Made by a program: the position numbers and the translations under genes | Assembly: GCA_963753435.1 (NCBI GenBank) | Contig: CAVWCF010000001.1 | Location: 544,001-608,000 of the forward strand | Reading direction: 5' to 3' | DNA length: 64,000 nt | Source of the DNA: an uncultured Actinomycetota bacterium | GTDB lineage: Bacteria; Actinomycetota; Actinomycetes; CAVWCF01 | Shown: piece after piece, positions 18,485-27,754 of the stretch | How the letters are laid out: the number at the start of each line of letters is the position of its first letter | Position numbering within the stretch: the first letter of the stretch is position 1 | The notes under the pieces: generated by a model | What the model saw: only the letters and a program-made list of their open reading frames with translations | Database searches by the model: none | Told to the model about the DNA's origin: nothing

Positions 18485-18516
18485 GGCTAGTACTGCTCTG
18501 GGCTAGTACTGCTCTG
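18485..18516. repeat. Perfect 16-bp tandem duplication GGCTAGTACTGCTCTG x2 in the clgR leader
   Basis: Identical units at 18485-18500 and 18501-18516. Confidence 0.95.
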
Positions 18517-18647
18517 GCCTGTGCCACTCACAGATGGTGCCATTCGAAAACCGTGCTTCACCGTACCCCGGCACCCCGACATCCCGCGCGTCCGACCGGG
18601 TGACCCCAACGGAGCGCCGCGCCGACTGTCTGTGCCCGGCAAATATG

Positions 18648-19811
18648 TCAACGCCGGACTGCGTCCTCCTGTTCCCCCAGCGGCAGACCGGCGGCCAGGC
18701 GCCGAACCCCGTCCAGCGCGGCCGCGACGGTGCAGCGTCGGACCCAGTCCCGGTCGCCGGGGAACGTGAAGCCACGGCTGAAAACGTCGCCCCGAACCGC
18801 CCAGGCCACGAAAACGGTCCCTGGGGAGTGCCCCGAATGGGTCGACGGGCCCGCTACGCCGGTCGTGGCGACCCCCAGGTCCGCGCCGGTCACGCGGGCC
18901 ACGCCCTGGGCCATCTGCTTGGCGACGTCGGCGTGCACCGTGCCCACGGTTCGCAGCAGTTGCGGGTCCACGCCGAGCATCTTCTGCTTGATGCTTTCGT
19001 CATATGCCACGACGCCACCGACAAGCACGTCACTGGCCCCAGCAACGTCGGTCAACGCCGCGGCCAGGGCACCTCCGGTCAGCGACTCCGCCACCGCCAC
19101 GGTCAGCTCGGCCGCCGAAGCCGCCGCCAGGGCCGCCCCCGCCAGGCCGAAGGGGTTCTCAAATACGGCGTCCCCCAGCAAGTTCTGAACCAGGGCGGCT
19201 GCGTCCGGGGCGGCAGTGCCGCTGAGGCGTACCCGCACCTGACCCGGGTTCGCGTAGTAGGCAACTTCGACGCTCAGTTCCGCCAGCGCGGCCAGCCTCT
19301 TGGCGACGACCGATTCCCGGATCCCGGCCACGGTCAGCGTGACCACGGGACCGGCCGCCCCGGCCAGGTCGAGCAACGGCAGAGCCTGCGCCCAGACCGC
19401 CCGCAATTCCCGCGGCGGGCCAGGCAGGGCCAACACAACGCGGTCGCCTGGACGTGCGAGCAGGCCCGGCGCGGTCCCCACCGGGTTCGGCACCGGGGTC
19501 AAGTCGAGGTCACCAACCGCCTCTTGAACGGCGGCCGCAGTTCGATCGTCCACGGTTGGGCCGAGCCCACCCGTGACCAGGACCAGGTCAGCCTGTGGCA
19601 GCGCCAGCGCAATGGCGGTGGCGATCGCGTCGACGTCGTCGCGGACCACCCGCCGCTCGGGCACGTCGACTCCTAGAAGGTCCAGCTCCGCGCCCAGGTA
19701 GGCGCCGTTGGTGTCGATGGTCTCCCCGCGCAGCAGCTCATCCCCGACCGCGATGATGATCGCGACACTCGGCTTGGCGCCGTTGGCGCCTGTGCGCGCT
19801 GAGCCGCTCAT
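18648..19811 (-). CDS. cinA: CinA family protein (MoCF-biosynthesis-like domain fused to PncC NMN deamidase)
   Basis: VGDELLRG..IDTN, TGGLGPT.DD.T, LPGPPREL, AESLTGG and TTGVAGP motifs. Confidence 0.93.
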   Translation of the reverse strand: MSGSARTGANGAKPSVAIIIAVGDELLRGETIDTNGAYLGAELDLLGVDVPERRVVRDDVDAIATAIALALPQADLVLVTGGLGPTVDDRTAAAVQEAVGDLDLTPVPNPVGTAPGLLARPGDRVVLALPGPPRELRAVWAQALPLLDLAGAAGPVVTLTVAGIRESVVAKRLAALAELSVEVAYYANPGQVRVRLSGTAAPDAAALVQNLLGDAVFENPFGLAGAALAAASAAELTVAVAESLTGGALAAALTDVAGASDVLVGGVVAYDESIKQKMLGVDPQLLRTVGTVHADVAKQMAQGVARVTGADLGVATTGVAGPSTHSGHSPGTVFVAWAVRGDVFSRGFTFPGDRDWVRRCTVAAALDGVRRLAAGLPLGEQEDAVRR

Positions 19812-20356
19812 GCCGGGTCGGTCGCAACCGACCGAAGTCGCTGCGCCTTGCGGACGTAGTCAATGCCGGTAAGAACCGTTACCGCCACGGCCAGGGCCAT
19901 CACCGTCGCCGCGACCGGGTCCCAACCTGCGGGCAGCGGCAGCAGGTAGAGGCTGATGGCAATCATCTGCAGCACCGTCTTGGCCTTGCCGCCGCGGCCG
20001 GCGGGCATCACCGCGCGACGCAGGAGTGCGAATCGCATCAGCGTGATCCCGATCTCCCGCCCGAGGATCACCACGGTCACCCACCAGGGCAACTCGCCCA
20101 GTAGCGACAGGCCGATCAGGGCGGCGCCGGTCAACGCCTTGTCCGCTATCGGATCGGCAATTTGCCCGAAGCGGGTGACCTGCCCCCGGGACCGGGCCAG
20201 CCAACCGTCCACGAAGTCCGTTGCGCTGGCTACGACGAACACCACGAAGGCCGCGATTCGAGCGGCCTGCGACTCGCCGCCCTCCACGAACAGCAAGGCG
20301 ACGAACACGGGCACGAGCGCCAGCCGCAAGCCAGTGAGCAGATTCGGCAGGTTCAC
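19808..20356 (-). CDS. pgsA: CDP-diacylglycerol--glycerol-3-phosphate 3-phosphatidyltransferase
   Basis: NLPNLLT.LR and TD.VDG.LAR..GQVT.FG..ADP.ADK CDP-alcohol phosphotransferase motif. Confidence 0.95.
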   Translation of the reverse strand: MNLPNLLTGLRLALVPVFVALLFVEGGESQAARIAAFVVFVVASATDFVDGWLARSRGQVTRFGQIADPIADKALTGAALIGLSLLGELPWWVTVVILGREIGITLMRFALLRRAVMPAGRGGKAKTVLQMIAISLYLLPLPAGWDPVAATVMALAVAVTVLTGIDYVRKAQRLRSVATDPA

Positions 20357-21723
20357 GCGTCAACCTGCACCATCAGGTCGATCCCGACATTCGCCGAAAC
20401 CACACCCTCCACCACGTCGCCTACCCGCGGACCTGGCGGCAACAGGCAGACACCGTCGACCTCCGGCCCTTGATGCAGGGCACGACCCGTTGCCTGATCC
20501 GGTCCGGCCGCTTCCACCAAGACCGAAACCCGCTCCCCGATGCGCTCGGCCGCCCGGTCGTCCATCAGGACGCCCACGAGACTGCTGATGCGCTCGACGC
20601 GCTCGGCGATTTCCGACTCATCGATGTGGCCGTCCAGCGTGACCGCTTCGGTGTCCTCCTCGTCTGAGTACCCGAACACACCGACCACGTCGAGTCGCGC
20701 CTCGGCCAGGAACTCCGCCAACTCGTTCAGGTCCGCCTCGGTCTCGCCGGGGAAGCCCACAATGACGTTGCTGCGGATCCCGGCCGTGGGCGCCAAGTTC
20801 CGGATCTGCCCAAGCAGTTTGAGGAAGGAGTCCGAACCGCCGAATCGCCGCATCCGGCGCAGGATCGACGGGCTGGCGTGCTGGAAAGACAAGTCGAAAT
20901 ACGGCGCGACCCCGGGTGTAGCAGCGATGGACTCGACCACCTGCGGCCGCAGCTCCGCCGGCTGCAGGTAGGAAACACGGACGCGCGGCACCAGCGCCGC
21001 CAACTGCGGCAGCAACTGCGCCAACGCCTGCGGTTCGCCGCGGTCCTTGCCGTAGGCGGTCGTGTTCTCCGATACGCAGAACACCTCCACGACGCCCTGC
21101 TCGGCCAGCCAACTCGCCTCCGCGAGCACGTCCGCGGCCGGGCGCGAGATGAACGATCCCCGGAAGCGCGGGATGGCGCAGAAGCTGCAGCGTCGGTCGC
21201 ATCCGGAGGCGATCTTGAGGTTGGCCGTTGGCGCCGGCGCCAGCAACCGTCGAGTCGGTGCCTTGGCCTCGACCAGCGGCAAGACCCGTCGATCTGCGGG
21301 CGTCGGCGCAACCAGCGACTCCCCGTTCAGAACCTGCCGCAGCCGGGTCGCGATCTGCCCGTAGTCGTCGAAACCAAGTACCGCATCAGCCTCGGGCAGC
21401 GAATCGGCCAACTCGCTGCCGTAGCGCTCGGCAAGGCACCCCACAGCCACAACTCGACTCGGCCGTCCGCTGTCGCGTAGATCAGCGGCTGCGAGTACCG
21501 CGTCGATGGAGTCCTTCTTGGCTGCATCGATGAAACCGCACGTGTTGACGACAACCACATCCGCATCGGCCGGTTCCGCGACCAGGGCGAATCCACCCGA
21601 GGTCAGGCGGCCCGCGAGTTCATCAGAGTCGACATCATTTCGGGCGCACCCCATGGTGACGACGGCGACGCGGTGCCCTGGTTCGGTCAACTCGGGCACG
21701 GCCAGCTCGGCGTCGGGCGACAT
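20353..21723 (-). CDS. rimO: Ribosomal protein S12 methylthiotransferase RimO
   Basis: MGCARNDVDSD, NTCGFIDAAKKDS, LKIASGCDRRCSFCAIP and GPEVDG motifs. Confidence 0.95.
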   Translation of the reverse strand: MSPDAELAVPELTEPGHRVAVVTMGCARNDVDSDELAGRLTSGGFALVAEPADADVVVVNTCGFIDAAKKDSIDAVLAAADLRDSGRPSRVVAVGCLAERYGSELADSLPEADAVLGFDDYGQIATRLRQVLNGESLVAPTPADRRVLPLVEAKAPTRRLLAPAPTANLKIASGCDRRCSFCAIPRFRGSFISRPAADVLAEASWLAEQGVVEVFCVSENTTAYGKDRGEPQALAQLLPQLAALVPRVRVSYLQPAELRPQVVESIAATPGVAPYFDLSFQHASPSILRRMRRFGGSDSFLKLLGQIRNLAPTAGIRSNVIVGFPGETEADLNELAEFLAEARLDVVGVFGYSDEEDTEAVTLDGHIDESEIAERVERISSLVGVLMDDRAAERIGERVSVLVEAAGPDQATGRALHQGPEVDGVCLLPPGPRVGDVVEGVVSANVGIDLMVQVDA

Positions 21724-21772
21724 GGCAGTCAGCGTAGGCGGCGGCTCACCGCGAAGCGGATCGGCGCAGGTC

Positions 21773-22522
21773 TCAGCCTGCGATCAGCGGCGGTTCGCCC
21801 GGTTCGAACGTCAACCGGACCACCTCGCCGCTGGCACCAGGCGCGCCGAGGTCCCGGCCGTTGACAACCAGGGTCACGCCGCCGGCGTTGCCGACCACAA
21901 GCCGAACGCTGCTCGGGTCGGTGAACTCCTCTGTCTGGCCCGGGTCCATGAGCCCTTCGAACGCGGCCGTGCCACCCGTGGTTGCGGAGACCCAACTCGG
22001 TGCGATCGCGGTCACCTGCACCACGACGCCGTCGGTCGGAGTCGGCGCCAGAGCCAGGGTCTCGGTGGGCGCGGGGGTAGGCGAAGGCGTCGGGGTGCCC
22101 GGGGACACAGCTGCGGACGGCGACGCGGAGGTCTCCGGAGCGGTCACCGTGTCCGAATCCGAGCCAACGACCTGCCAGACGGCGACCACCGCCACGAGAG
22201 CGAGCGCGGCGGCCATCGCCGCCGACCAATTGGGCCCGCGCCGCGGCCGTCGTTCCTCCACCGGTCCGGACAGCGCAGGTGTCGGGTCGGCCACCCGCTG
22301 CTCGGCGGGCATCTCCGCCAGCACCTCGGCCGGGTCGATGCCAATCGCGCGGGCCAGAGCGCGCACATGCCCGCGCGCGTAGACGTCACCACCGCTCATG
22401 GAGAAGTCGTCGCGTTCGATGGCCTCGATGACGGCGCCGCGGATCCGGGTGCGCTCGGCAACAGCAGCCACGCTTAGTCCCGCGGCGTGACGGGCTTGGC
22501 TGAGCCTTTGCCCCACGCTCAC
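21773..22522 (-). CDS. RodZ-like membrane protein (HTH, TM helix, DUF4115)
   Basis: GQRLSQAR..AGLS...VAERTRIR..VIEAIE.DDF...GGDVYARGHVR, one TM helix, C-terminal VGNAGGV.LVVNG.DLG; located between ftsK and rimO. Confidence 0.88.
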   Translation of the reverse strand: MSVGQRLSQARHAAGLSVAAVAERTRIRGAVIEAIERDDFSMSGGDVYARGHVRALARAIGIDPAEVLAEMPAEQRVADPTPALSGPVEERRPRRGPNWSAAMAAALALVAVVAVWQVVGSDSDTVTAPETSASPSAAVSPGTPTPSPTPAPTETLALAPTPTDGVVVQVTAIAPSWVSATTGGTAAFEGLMDPGQTEEFTDPSSVRLVVGNAGGVTLVVNGRDLGAPGASGEVVRLTFEPGEPPLIAG

Positions 22523-22594
22523 GGTGCGCCCCCATTCGATGGTCGCCACTTCGAGTGTAGGTGCAGTGGCGGAACCACCCAAGGGGCCGTTTGG

Positions 22595-25063
22595 CTACTC
22601 CCCGCGCAGGGTGGCAAGCAATGCCGGCAGGTCATCGGGCTTAGCCAGGACCTCCCGGGCCTTGCTCCCCTCTGACGGTCCGACGATGCCGCGGGTTTCC
22701 ATCAGGTCCATCAAGCGGCCCGCCTTGGCGAAACCGACCCGGAGCTTGCGTTGCAGCATCGACGTCGATCCGAACTGGGTGTCCACGACCAGTTCCACCG
22801 CCTGGCACAGCACGTCGAGGTCGTCGCCAACCTCCTCGTCGATCTCCCGACTGGGTCCGCTGGTCGCGGTGACATCCTCACGGTAGGTGGGGGCCAACTG
22901 GTCCTTGCAGTGCTGGACCACCGCGGCGACCTCGGCCTCGGAAACGTAGGCGCCTTGCAGGCGCATCGGCTTACTCGCGCCCATGGGCAAGAACAAGCCG
23001 TCACCGTGGCCGACGAGCTTCTCCGCTCCGGGTTGGTCCAGGATCACGCGGCTGTCGGCGAGGCTTGAAGTCGCGAACGCCAGGCGGCTGGGCACATTGG
23101 CCTTGATGAGTCCGGTGACGACATCGACACTCGGGCGCTGAGTGGCCAGAACAAGATGAATTCCGGCCGCTCGCGCCAACTGGGTGATGCGGACGATCGC
23201 GTCCTCCACGTCGCGCGGGGCGACCATCATCAGGTCGGCCAACTCGTCCACGATCACGAGCAGATACGGATATGGCTGCATCACCCGCTCGCTGCCTTCC
23301 GGCGGCGTGACCGTGCCGTCCCTTACGGCCTTGTTGAAGTCGTCGACGTGCTTGAAACCGAATCGCGCAAGATCGTCGTATCGCAACTCCATCTCGCGGA
23401 CTACCCACTGCAGCGACTGGGCCGCCTTCTTGGGGTCGGTGATGATGGGGGTGATCAAGTGCGGGATGCCGTCGTAGGCCGTCAGCTCCACGCGCTTGGG
23501 GTCGACCAGCACCATTCGGACCTCATCCGGGGTCGCACGCAACAGCACCGATGTGATGAGGGTGTTGATGCAGGTCGACTTTCCCGCTCCGGTGGCACCG
23601 GCGACGAGCAGATGCGGCATCTTGGTCAAGTTGGCGACGATGTAGCCGCCCTCGACGTCCTTGCCCAGACCAACGAGCATTGGGTGGCCATCCGACACCG
23701 CCGCGGGCGCCTTGAGAGTGTCGCCCAGGCTGACCAGTTCCCGGTCCGCGTTCGGGATCTCCACCCCGATCGCTGACTTGCCGGGAATCGGGCTGAGGAT
23801 GCGGACATCGGCGCTGGCCACGGCGTAGGCGATGTTCTTGCTCAGCGCGGTGACGCGCTCGACCTTGATACCGGGGCCCAGTTCGACCTCGTAGCGCGTG
23901 ACCGTCGGGCCCCTGGTGAATCCGGTGACCGCCGCGTCGATATTGAACTGCTCCAAGACCTGCGTGAGGGCATCCACAACTGCGTTGTTCGCGCTGCTGC
24001 GCGCCTTGTGCGGTGCCCCCGGTTTCAGGATCCCGGCCGGTGGCAGCGAATAGACCACGTCGCCGGACAGCAGCAACTGCTCCATCCGCTCCGGCACCGG
24101 CGACAGCGGCTTGGCTGCCGCGGCGCTGGAGGCGGGGAACGACCCCGGTTGGGGTGCCGGCTCATCTGCCCCGGCCTCATCAGACACGATCGGCACGGCC
24201 ACCTCGAACGGCTCATCCCGCTCGAGTTGCTCGATGCTGGACCGCCGCCGCTTGGTCGCCTTGGCCGGTTCGGTCTCCGGCAGCACGACTTCGTCGGCAG
24301 GTGCGGTCACGGTCCGGTGCAACAGGCGATCCGCCAGCGCGCGAGCCCGCTGCGGGATCTGGTGCACGGGTGTTCCGGTCAGAACCACCCCACCGAAGAT
24401 GGCGAGCAGTAGCAGCACCGGCACCGCCAGGTACCCGGTGACCGCCGCCTCCAGCGGCGAAGCAGCAATCCACCCGAACCAACCGCCGCCGGCGCGCATC
24501 GCTTCGCTGCCGTCGGTTGGCACCGCGTTGCCGCGCAGGATGTGCACCAGGCCACTGACCCCGAGAACCAATGCGCCGTAGCCGACGATCGTCCGTCCCC
24601 GCGGGGGACGCTGCTCGGGGTGGCGCAGGATTCGCACCGCTGCGGCGACAAGCAGCAAGGGCACGACCCAGCCGAGGGACCCGACGGCACCGTTGACCAC
24701 CGCGCGGGTGGCGTCGCCGAACGCACCGGGCACCTGCCACCAGGTGGCCGCGGCAATGAGTACCGCCACGGCGATGAGCCCCAGCCCAAGCCCGTCGCGG
24801 CGCATCTGCGGCTCGAGATCACGGGCGCTGGCCCCGATGCCACGCACCAGAGCGCCGAGGGCATGACCCACCGCCACCCAAAGCAGGCTGACCGCTCGCC
24901 ACAGCGCGCGCACGAGGCGCGCTGGCAACGGCGGTCGATTTCGGCGGGAAGCGGAGGAAGGACGACGTGCCGACCCGGACTGCTTGCCGGACCGACTCTT
25001 CGCGGGGGAAGTCGCCGGTCGCGCCGAACGAGCGCGCGTACCGGCCGACGAGCGACTGGCCAT
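22595..25063 (-). CDS. ftsK: DNA translocase FtsK
   Basis: N-terminal TM helices, PHLLVAGATGAGKS, VDELADLMM, LATQRPSVDV and gamma domain STSMLQRKLRVGFAKAGRLMD. Confidence 0.98.
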   Translation of the reverse strand: MASRSSAGTRARSARPATSPAKSRSGKQSGSARRPSSASRRNRPPLPARLVRALWRAVSLLWVAVGHALGALVRGIGASARDLEPQMRRDGLGLGLIAVAVLIAAATWWQVPGAFGDATRAVVNGAVGSLGWVVPLLLVAAAVRILRHPEQRPPRGRTIVGYGALVLGVSGLVHILRGNAVPTDGSEAMRAGGGWFGWIAASPLEAAVTGYLAVPVLLLLAIFGGVVLTGTPVHQIPQRARALADRLLHRTVTAPADEVVLPETEPAKATKRRRSSIEQLERDEPFEVAVPIVSDEAGADEPAPQPGSFPASSAAAAKPLSPVPERMEQLLLSGDVVYSLPPAGILKPGAPHKARSSANNAVVDALTQVLEQFNIDAAVTGFTRGPTVTRYEVELGPGIKVERVTALSKNIAYAVASADVRILSPIPGKSAIGVEIPNADRELVSLGDTLKAPAAVSDGHPMLVGLGKDVEGGYIVANLTKMPHLLVAGATGAGKSTCINTLITSVLLRATPDEVRMVLVDPKRVELTAYDGIPHLITPIITDPKKAAQSLQWVVREMELRYDDLARFGFKHVDDFNKAVRDGTVTPPEGSERVMQPYPYLLVIVDELADLMMVAPRDVEDAIVRITQLARAAGIHLVLATQRPSVDVVTGLIKANVPSRLAFATSSLADSRVILDQPGAEKLVGHGDGLFLPMGASKPMRLQGAYVSEAEVAAVVQHCKDQLAPTYREDVTATSGPSREIDEEVGDDLDVLCQAVELVVDTQFGSTSMLQRKLRVGFAKAGRLMDLMETRGIVGPSEGSKAREVLAKPDDLPALLATLRGE

Positions 25064-25078
25064 GGCCGCGAGGTTACC

Positions 25079-25108
25079 CAGCAGTCACACTGTTCACAGC
25101 AGTCACAC
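25079..25108. repeat. Direct repeat CAGCAGTCACAC x2 (TCACA x3 at 9-bp period) over the ftsK promoter
   Basis: Units at 25079-25090 and 25097-25108; TCACA at 25085, 25094 and 25103; adjacent to the TAACCT -10 element (25071-25076, minus strand). Confidence 0.8.
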
Positions 25109-25123
25109 GCCGAAGGCGCCGGG

Positions 25124-26812
25124 TCAGACCTCCACGACCACCGGGAGGATGAGCGGGCGGCGCCGATGCCGACCGCCGACCCAACGGCCGACCGTCCGGC
25201 GAACGACCTGCTGCAGGTCGTAGACGTCGGCCACGCCGTCACGCAGGGCGTCTTCGATCGCCGTGGACACCTTCGGCAGCACTTCGTCGAAGATCTCGGT
25301 GTCCTCCAGGAACCCGCGAGCGTGTACGTCCGGGCCGGCCAAGACCTTGCCCGCGGTCAGGTCAACCACGACCACAACCGAGATGAACCCCTCAGACCCC
25401 AGGACTCGGCGGTCCTTGAGGGACAACTCGGTCACGTCACCCACGGTGCTGCCGTCGACGTACACGTAGCCGCAGGGCACCCGTCCCGCGATGTGCGCCA
25501 CCCCGTCGACCAGATCGACAACGATCCCGTCCTCGGCAACAAGTACCCGCTCAGCCGGGACTCCTGTGGCGATCGCCAGGGACGCGTTGGCGCGCAGGTG
25601 CCGCGGCTCGCCGTGCACCGGCAGCACGTTTCTGGGCTGAACGAGGTTGTAGCAGTACGTCAGTTCCCCCGCGGCGCTGTGGCCGGACACGTGCACCAAG
25701 GCGTTTCCTTGATGAACCACGGAAGCACCGATGCGCACCAGGCCGTTGATGACGCGGAAGACCGCGTTCTCGTTGCCAGGGATCATCGAACTGGCCAGGA
25801 TCACCGTGTCATCGGCGGTGACCTGAACCGGATGATCGCCGGCAGCCATCCGCGACAAGGCCGCCATCGGCTCGCCTTGGGATCCGGTGGAGACGAAGAC
25901 GACCCGGTCCGGCGGCAAGGAGTCGGCGTCCTTGGCGTTGACCACCAGCCCAGGGGGCACGCGCAAGAAGGACAGATCCCGGGCGACACCCATATTCCGC
26001 ACCATGCTGCGGCCGATGAATGCGACCTTGCGCCCGTGCCGCTCGCTGACGTCGAGGACCTGCTGCACGCGATGAATGTGGGACGCGAAGCACGCCACGA
26101 TCACTTTGCCCTGAGACCGGCCGATTACGTCGTCCAGAACCGGCTCGATGTCCCGTTCGGTTCGCACGAACCCGGGGACTTCCGCGTTCGTGGAGTCCAC
26201 GAGGAATAGATCAACGCCGGCCTCGCCCAACCGCGCGAACGCGCGCAGGTCGGTCAACCGACCGTCCAGCGGCAACTGGTCCATCTTGAAGTCGCCGGTA
26301 TGCAGCAGAACCTGACCGCTGTCGCTGGTCAGCGCCACTCCCAGCGCGTCAGGGATTGAGTGGTTCACGGCCACGAACTCCGCGGTGAAGACACCCAGGC
26401 GCTCGGTCTGTCCCTCGCGCACGGTCATCGTGTGGGGCTTGATCCGGTGCTCAGCGAGCTTGGCCTCGACCAGCGCCAGAGTCAGCCCGGACCCGATCAC
26501 CGGAATGTCGGGCCGCTCGCGCAACAGGTAGGGAACCGCACCGATGTGGTCCTCGTGTCCGTGGGTCAGGATCAGGGCGTCGACGTCATCCCAGCGATCA
26601 CGCAGGAACTCAAAGTCGGGCAGGATCAAATCCACCCCGGGCTGGTGCTCCTCCGGGAAGAGCACACCGCAGTCGACGATCACGATGCGGCCGGCGTGCT
26701 CGATGACCGTCATGTTGCGGCCGATTTCGCCCAGACCACCGAGCGGGATCACCCGAACTGCGCCTTCGGCCAGGGGTGGTGGGGCCGGCAGATCAACCCG
26801 CGCGGGGTTCAC
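25124..26812 (-). CDS. rnj: Ribonuclease J
   Basis: PLGGLGEIGRNM, THGHEDHIG, HTGDFK, STGSQGEP and HVSGH metallo-beta-lactamase/beta-CASP motifs. Confidence 0.97.
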   Translation of the reverse strand: MNPARVDLPAPPPLAEGAVRVIPLGGLGEIGRNMTVIEHAGRIVIVDCGVLFPEEHQPGVDLILPDFEFLRDRWDDVDALILTHGHEDHIGAVPYLLRERPDIPVIGSGLTLALVEAKLAEHRIKPHTMTVREGQTERLGVFTAEFVAVNHSIPDALGVALTSDSGQVLLHTGDFKMDQLPLDGRLTDLRAFARLGEAGVDLFLVDSTNAEVPGFVRTERDIEPVLDDVIGRSQGKVIVACFASHIHRVQQVLDVSERHGRKVAFIGRSMVRNMGVARDLSFLRVPPGLVVNAKDADSLPPDRVVFVSTGSQGEPMAALSRMAAGDHPVQVTADDTVILASSMIPGNENAVFRVINGLVRIGASVVHQGNALVHVSGHSAAGELTYCYNLVQPRNVLPVHGEPRHLRANASLAIATGVPAERVLVAEDGIVVDLVDGVAHIAGRVPCGYVYVDGSTVGDVTELSLKDRRVLGSEGFISVVVVVDLTAGKVLAGPDVHARGFLEDTEIFDEVLPKVSTAIEDALRDGVADVYDLQQVVRRTVGRWVGGRHRRRPLILPVVVEV

Positions 26813-27732
26813 GCCGCTCCACCGCCGACCATGGCCAACGCGGCCTGGTCCACGTCGCTGACGATCTGCTCAGTGAGCTCGGCTGAGGCGGTAAGGAGCG
26901 GCAGTCGCACGGTCGCCGAAGGCAGGATGCCGTAGTGGGTCAATGCGGCCTTGGCGGCGATCGCCCCCTGGGTGCGCGACATGACCCCGTTGACCGCGGG
27001 CAGCAACCGCAGGTGCAGTTCCCGCCCCACCCGCAGGTCGCCCGCGTCGGCGGCGGCGACCATCTGCGCATACTCACCGGCGGCCACGTGCCCCACCACG
27101 CTCACCAGGCCGATTGCACCGACGGCCAGCCAGGGCCAGTTGAGGGCATCGTCCCCGGAGAAGTAGGCCAGGTCGGTCCTCGCCAGCACCTCCGAAGCCG
27201 CGAACAGATCGCCCTTGGCGTCCTTGACGGCCTGGATGCGCGGATGCTCCGCGCAGCGCAGCAGCACTTCGGTCGGTATCGCCAGACCAGTACGGCCGGG
27301 GATGTCGTAGAGCATCACCGGCAGCCCCGTGGCATCGGCGACCGCGTTGAAGTGAGCAAGTAGGCCGTCGGCGGGGGGCTTGTTGTAGTAGGGGGTCACC
27401 ACCAGCGTCCCGTGGGCGCCGGCCTTCTCGGCTATGCGGGCTAAATGCACGCTGTGCGCGGTGTCATTGCTGCCCGCGCCGAAAACAACCCGGGCTCGAT
27501 CTCCGACTGCCTCCACCACGGCGCGGAGAACGGCCTCCTTCTCCACGTCGGAGGTGGTGGGGCTCTCCCCCGTGGTGCCGTTGATCACCAGTCCGTCGCA
27601 CCCGGCAGCGACCAAGCGTTCAGCCAGCGAAGCGGCGGAGTCCAGGTCCAGGTCGCCGTCGGGGTCAAACGGCGTCACCATCGCCACCAGCACGCGGCCG
27701 AATGCTTCGGCAGCGGGATGACCGACGGGCAT
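26809..27732 (-). CDS. dapA: 4-hydroxy-tetrahydrodipicolinate synthase
   Basis: AMVTPF, GTTGES, VTPYYNKP, LYDIPGRT and AVKDA; ATG 27732 7 nt after TAGCCT. Confidence 0.96.
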   Translation of the reverse strand: MPVGHPAAEAFGRVLVAMVTPFDPDGDLDLDSAASLAERLVAAGCDGLVINGTTGESPTTSDVEKEAVLRAVVEAVGDRARVVFGAGSNDTAHSVHLARIAEKAGAHGTLVVTPYYNKPPADGLLAHFNAVADATGLPVMLYDIPGRTGLAIPTEVLLRCAEHPRIQAVKDAKGDLFAASEVLARTDLAYFSGDDALNWPWLAVGAIGLVSVVGHVAAGEYAQMVAAADAGDLRVGRELHLRLLPAVNGVMSRTQGAIAAKAALTHYGILPSATVRLPLLTASAELTEQIVSDVDQAALAMVGGGAA

Positions 27733-27754
27733 GGACGACAGGCTAGCCGCGGGC

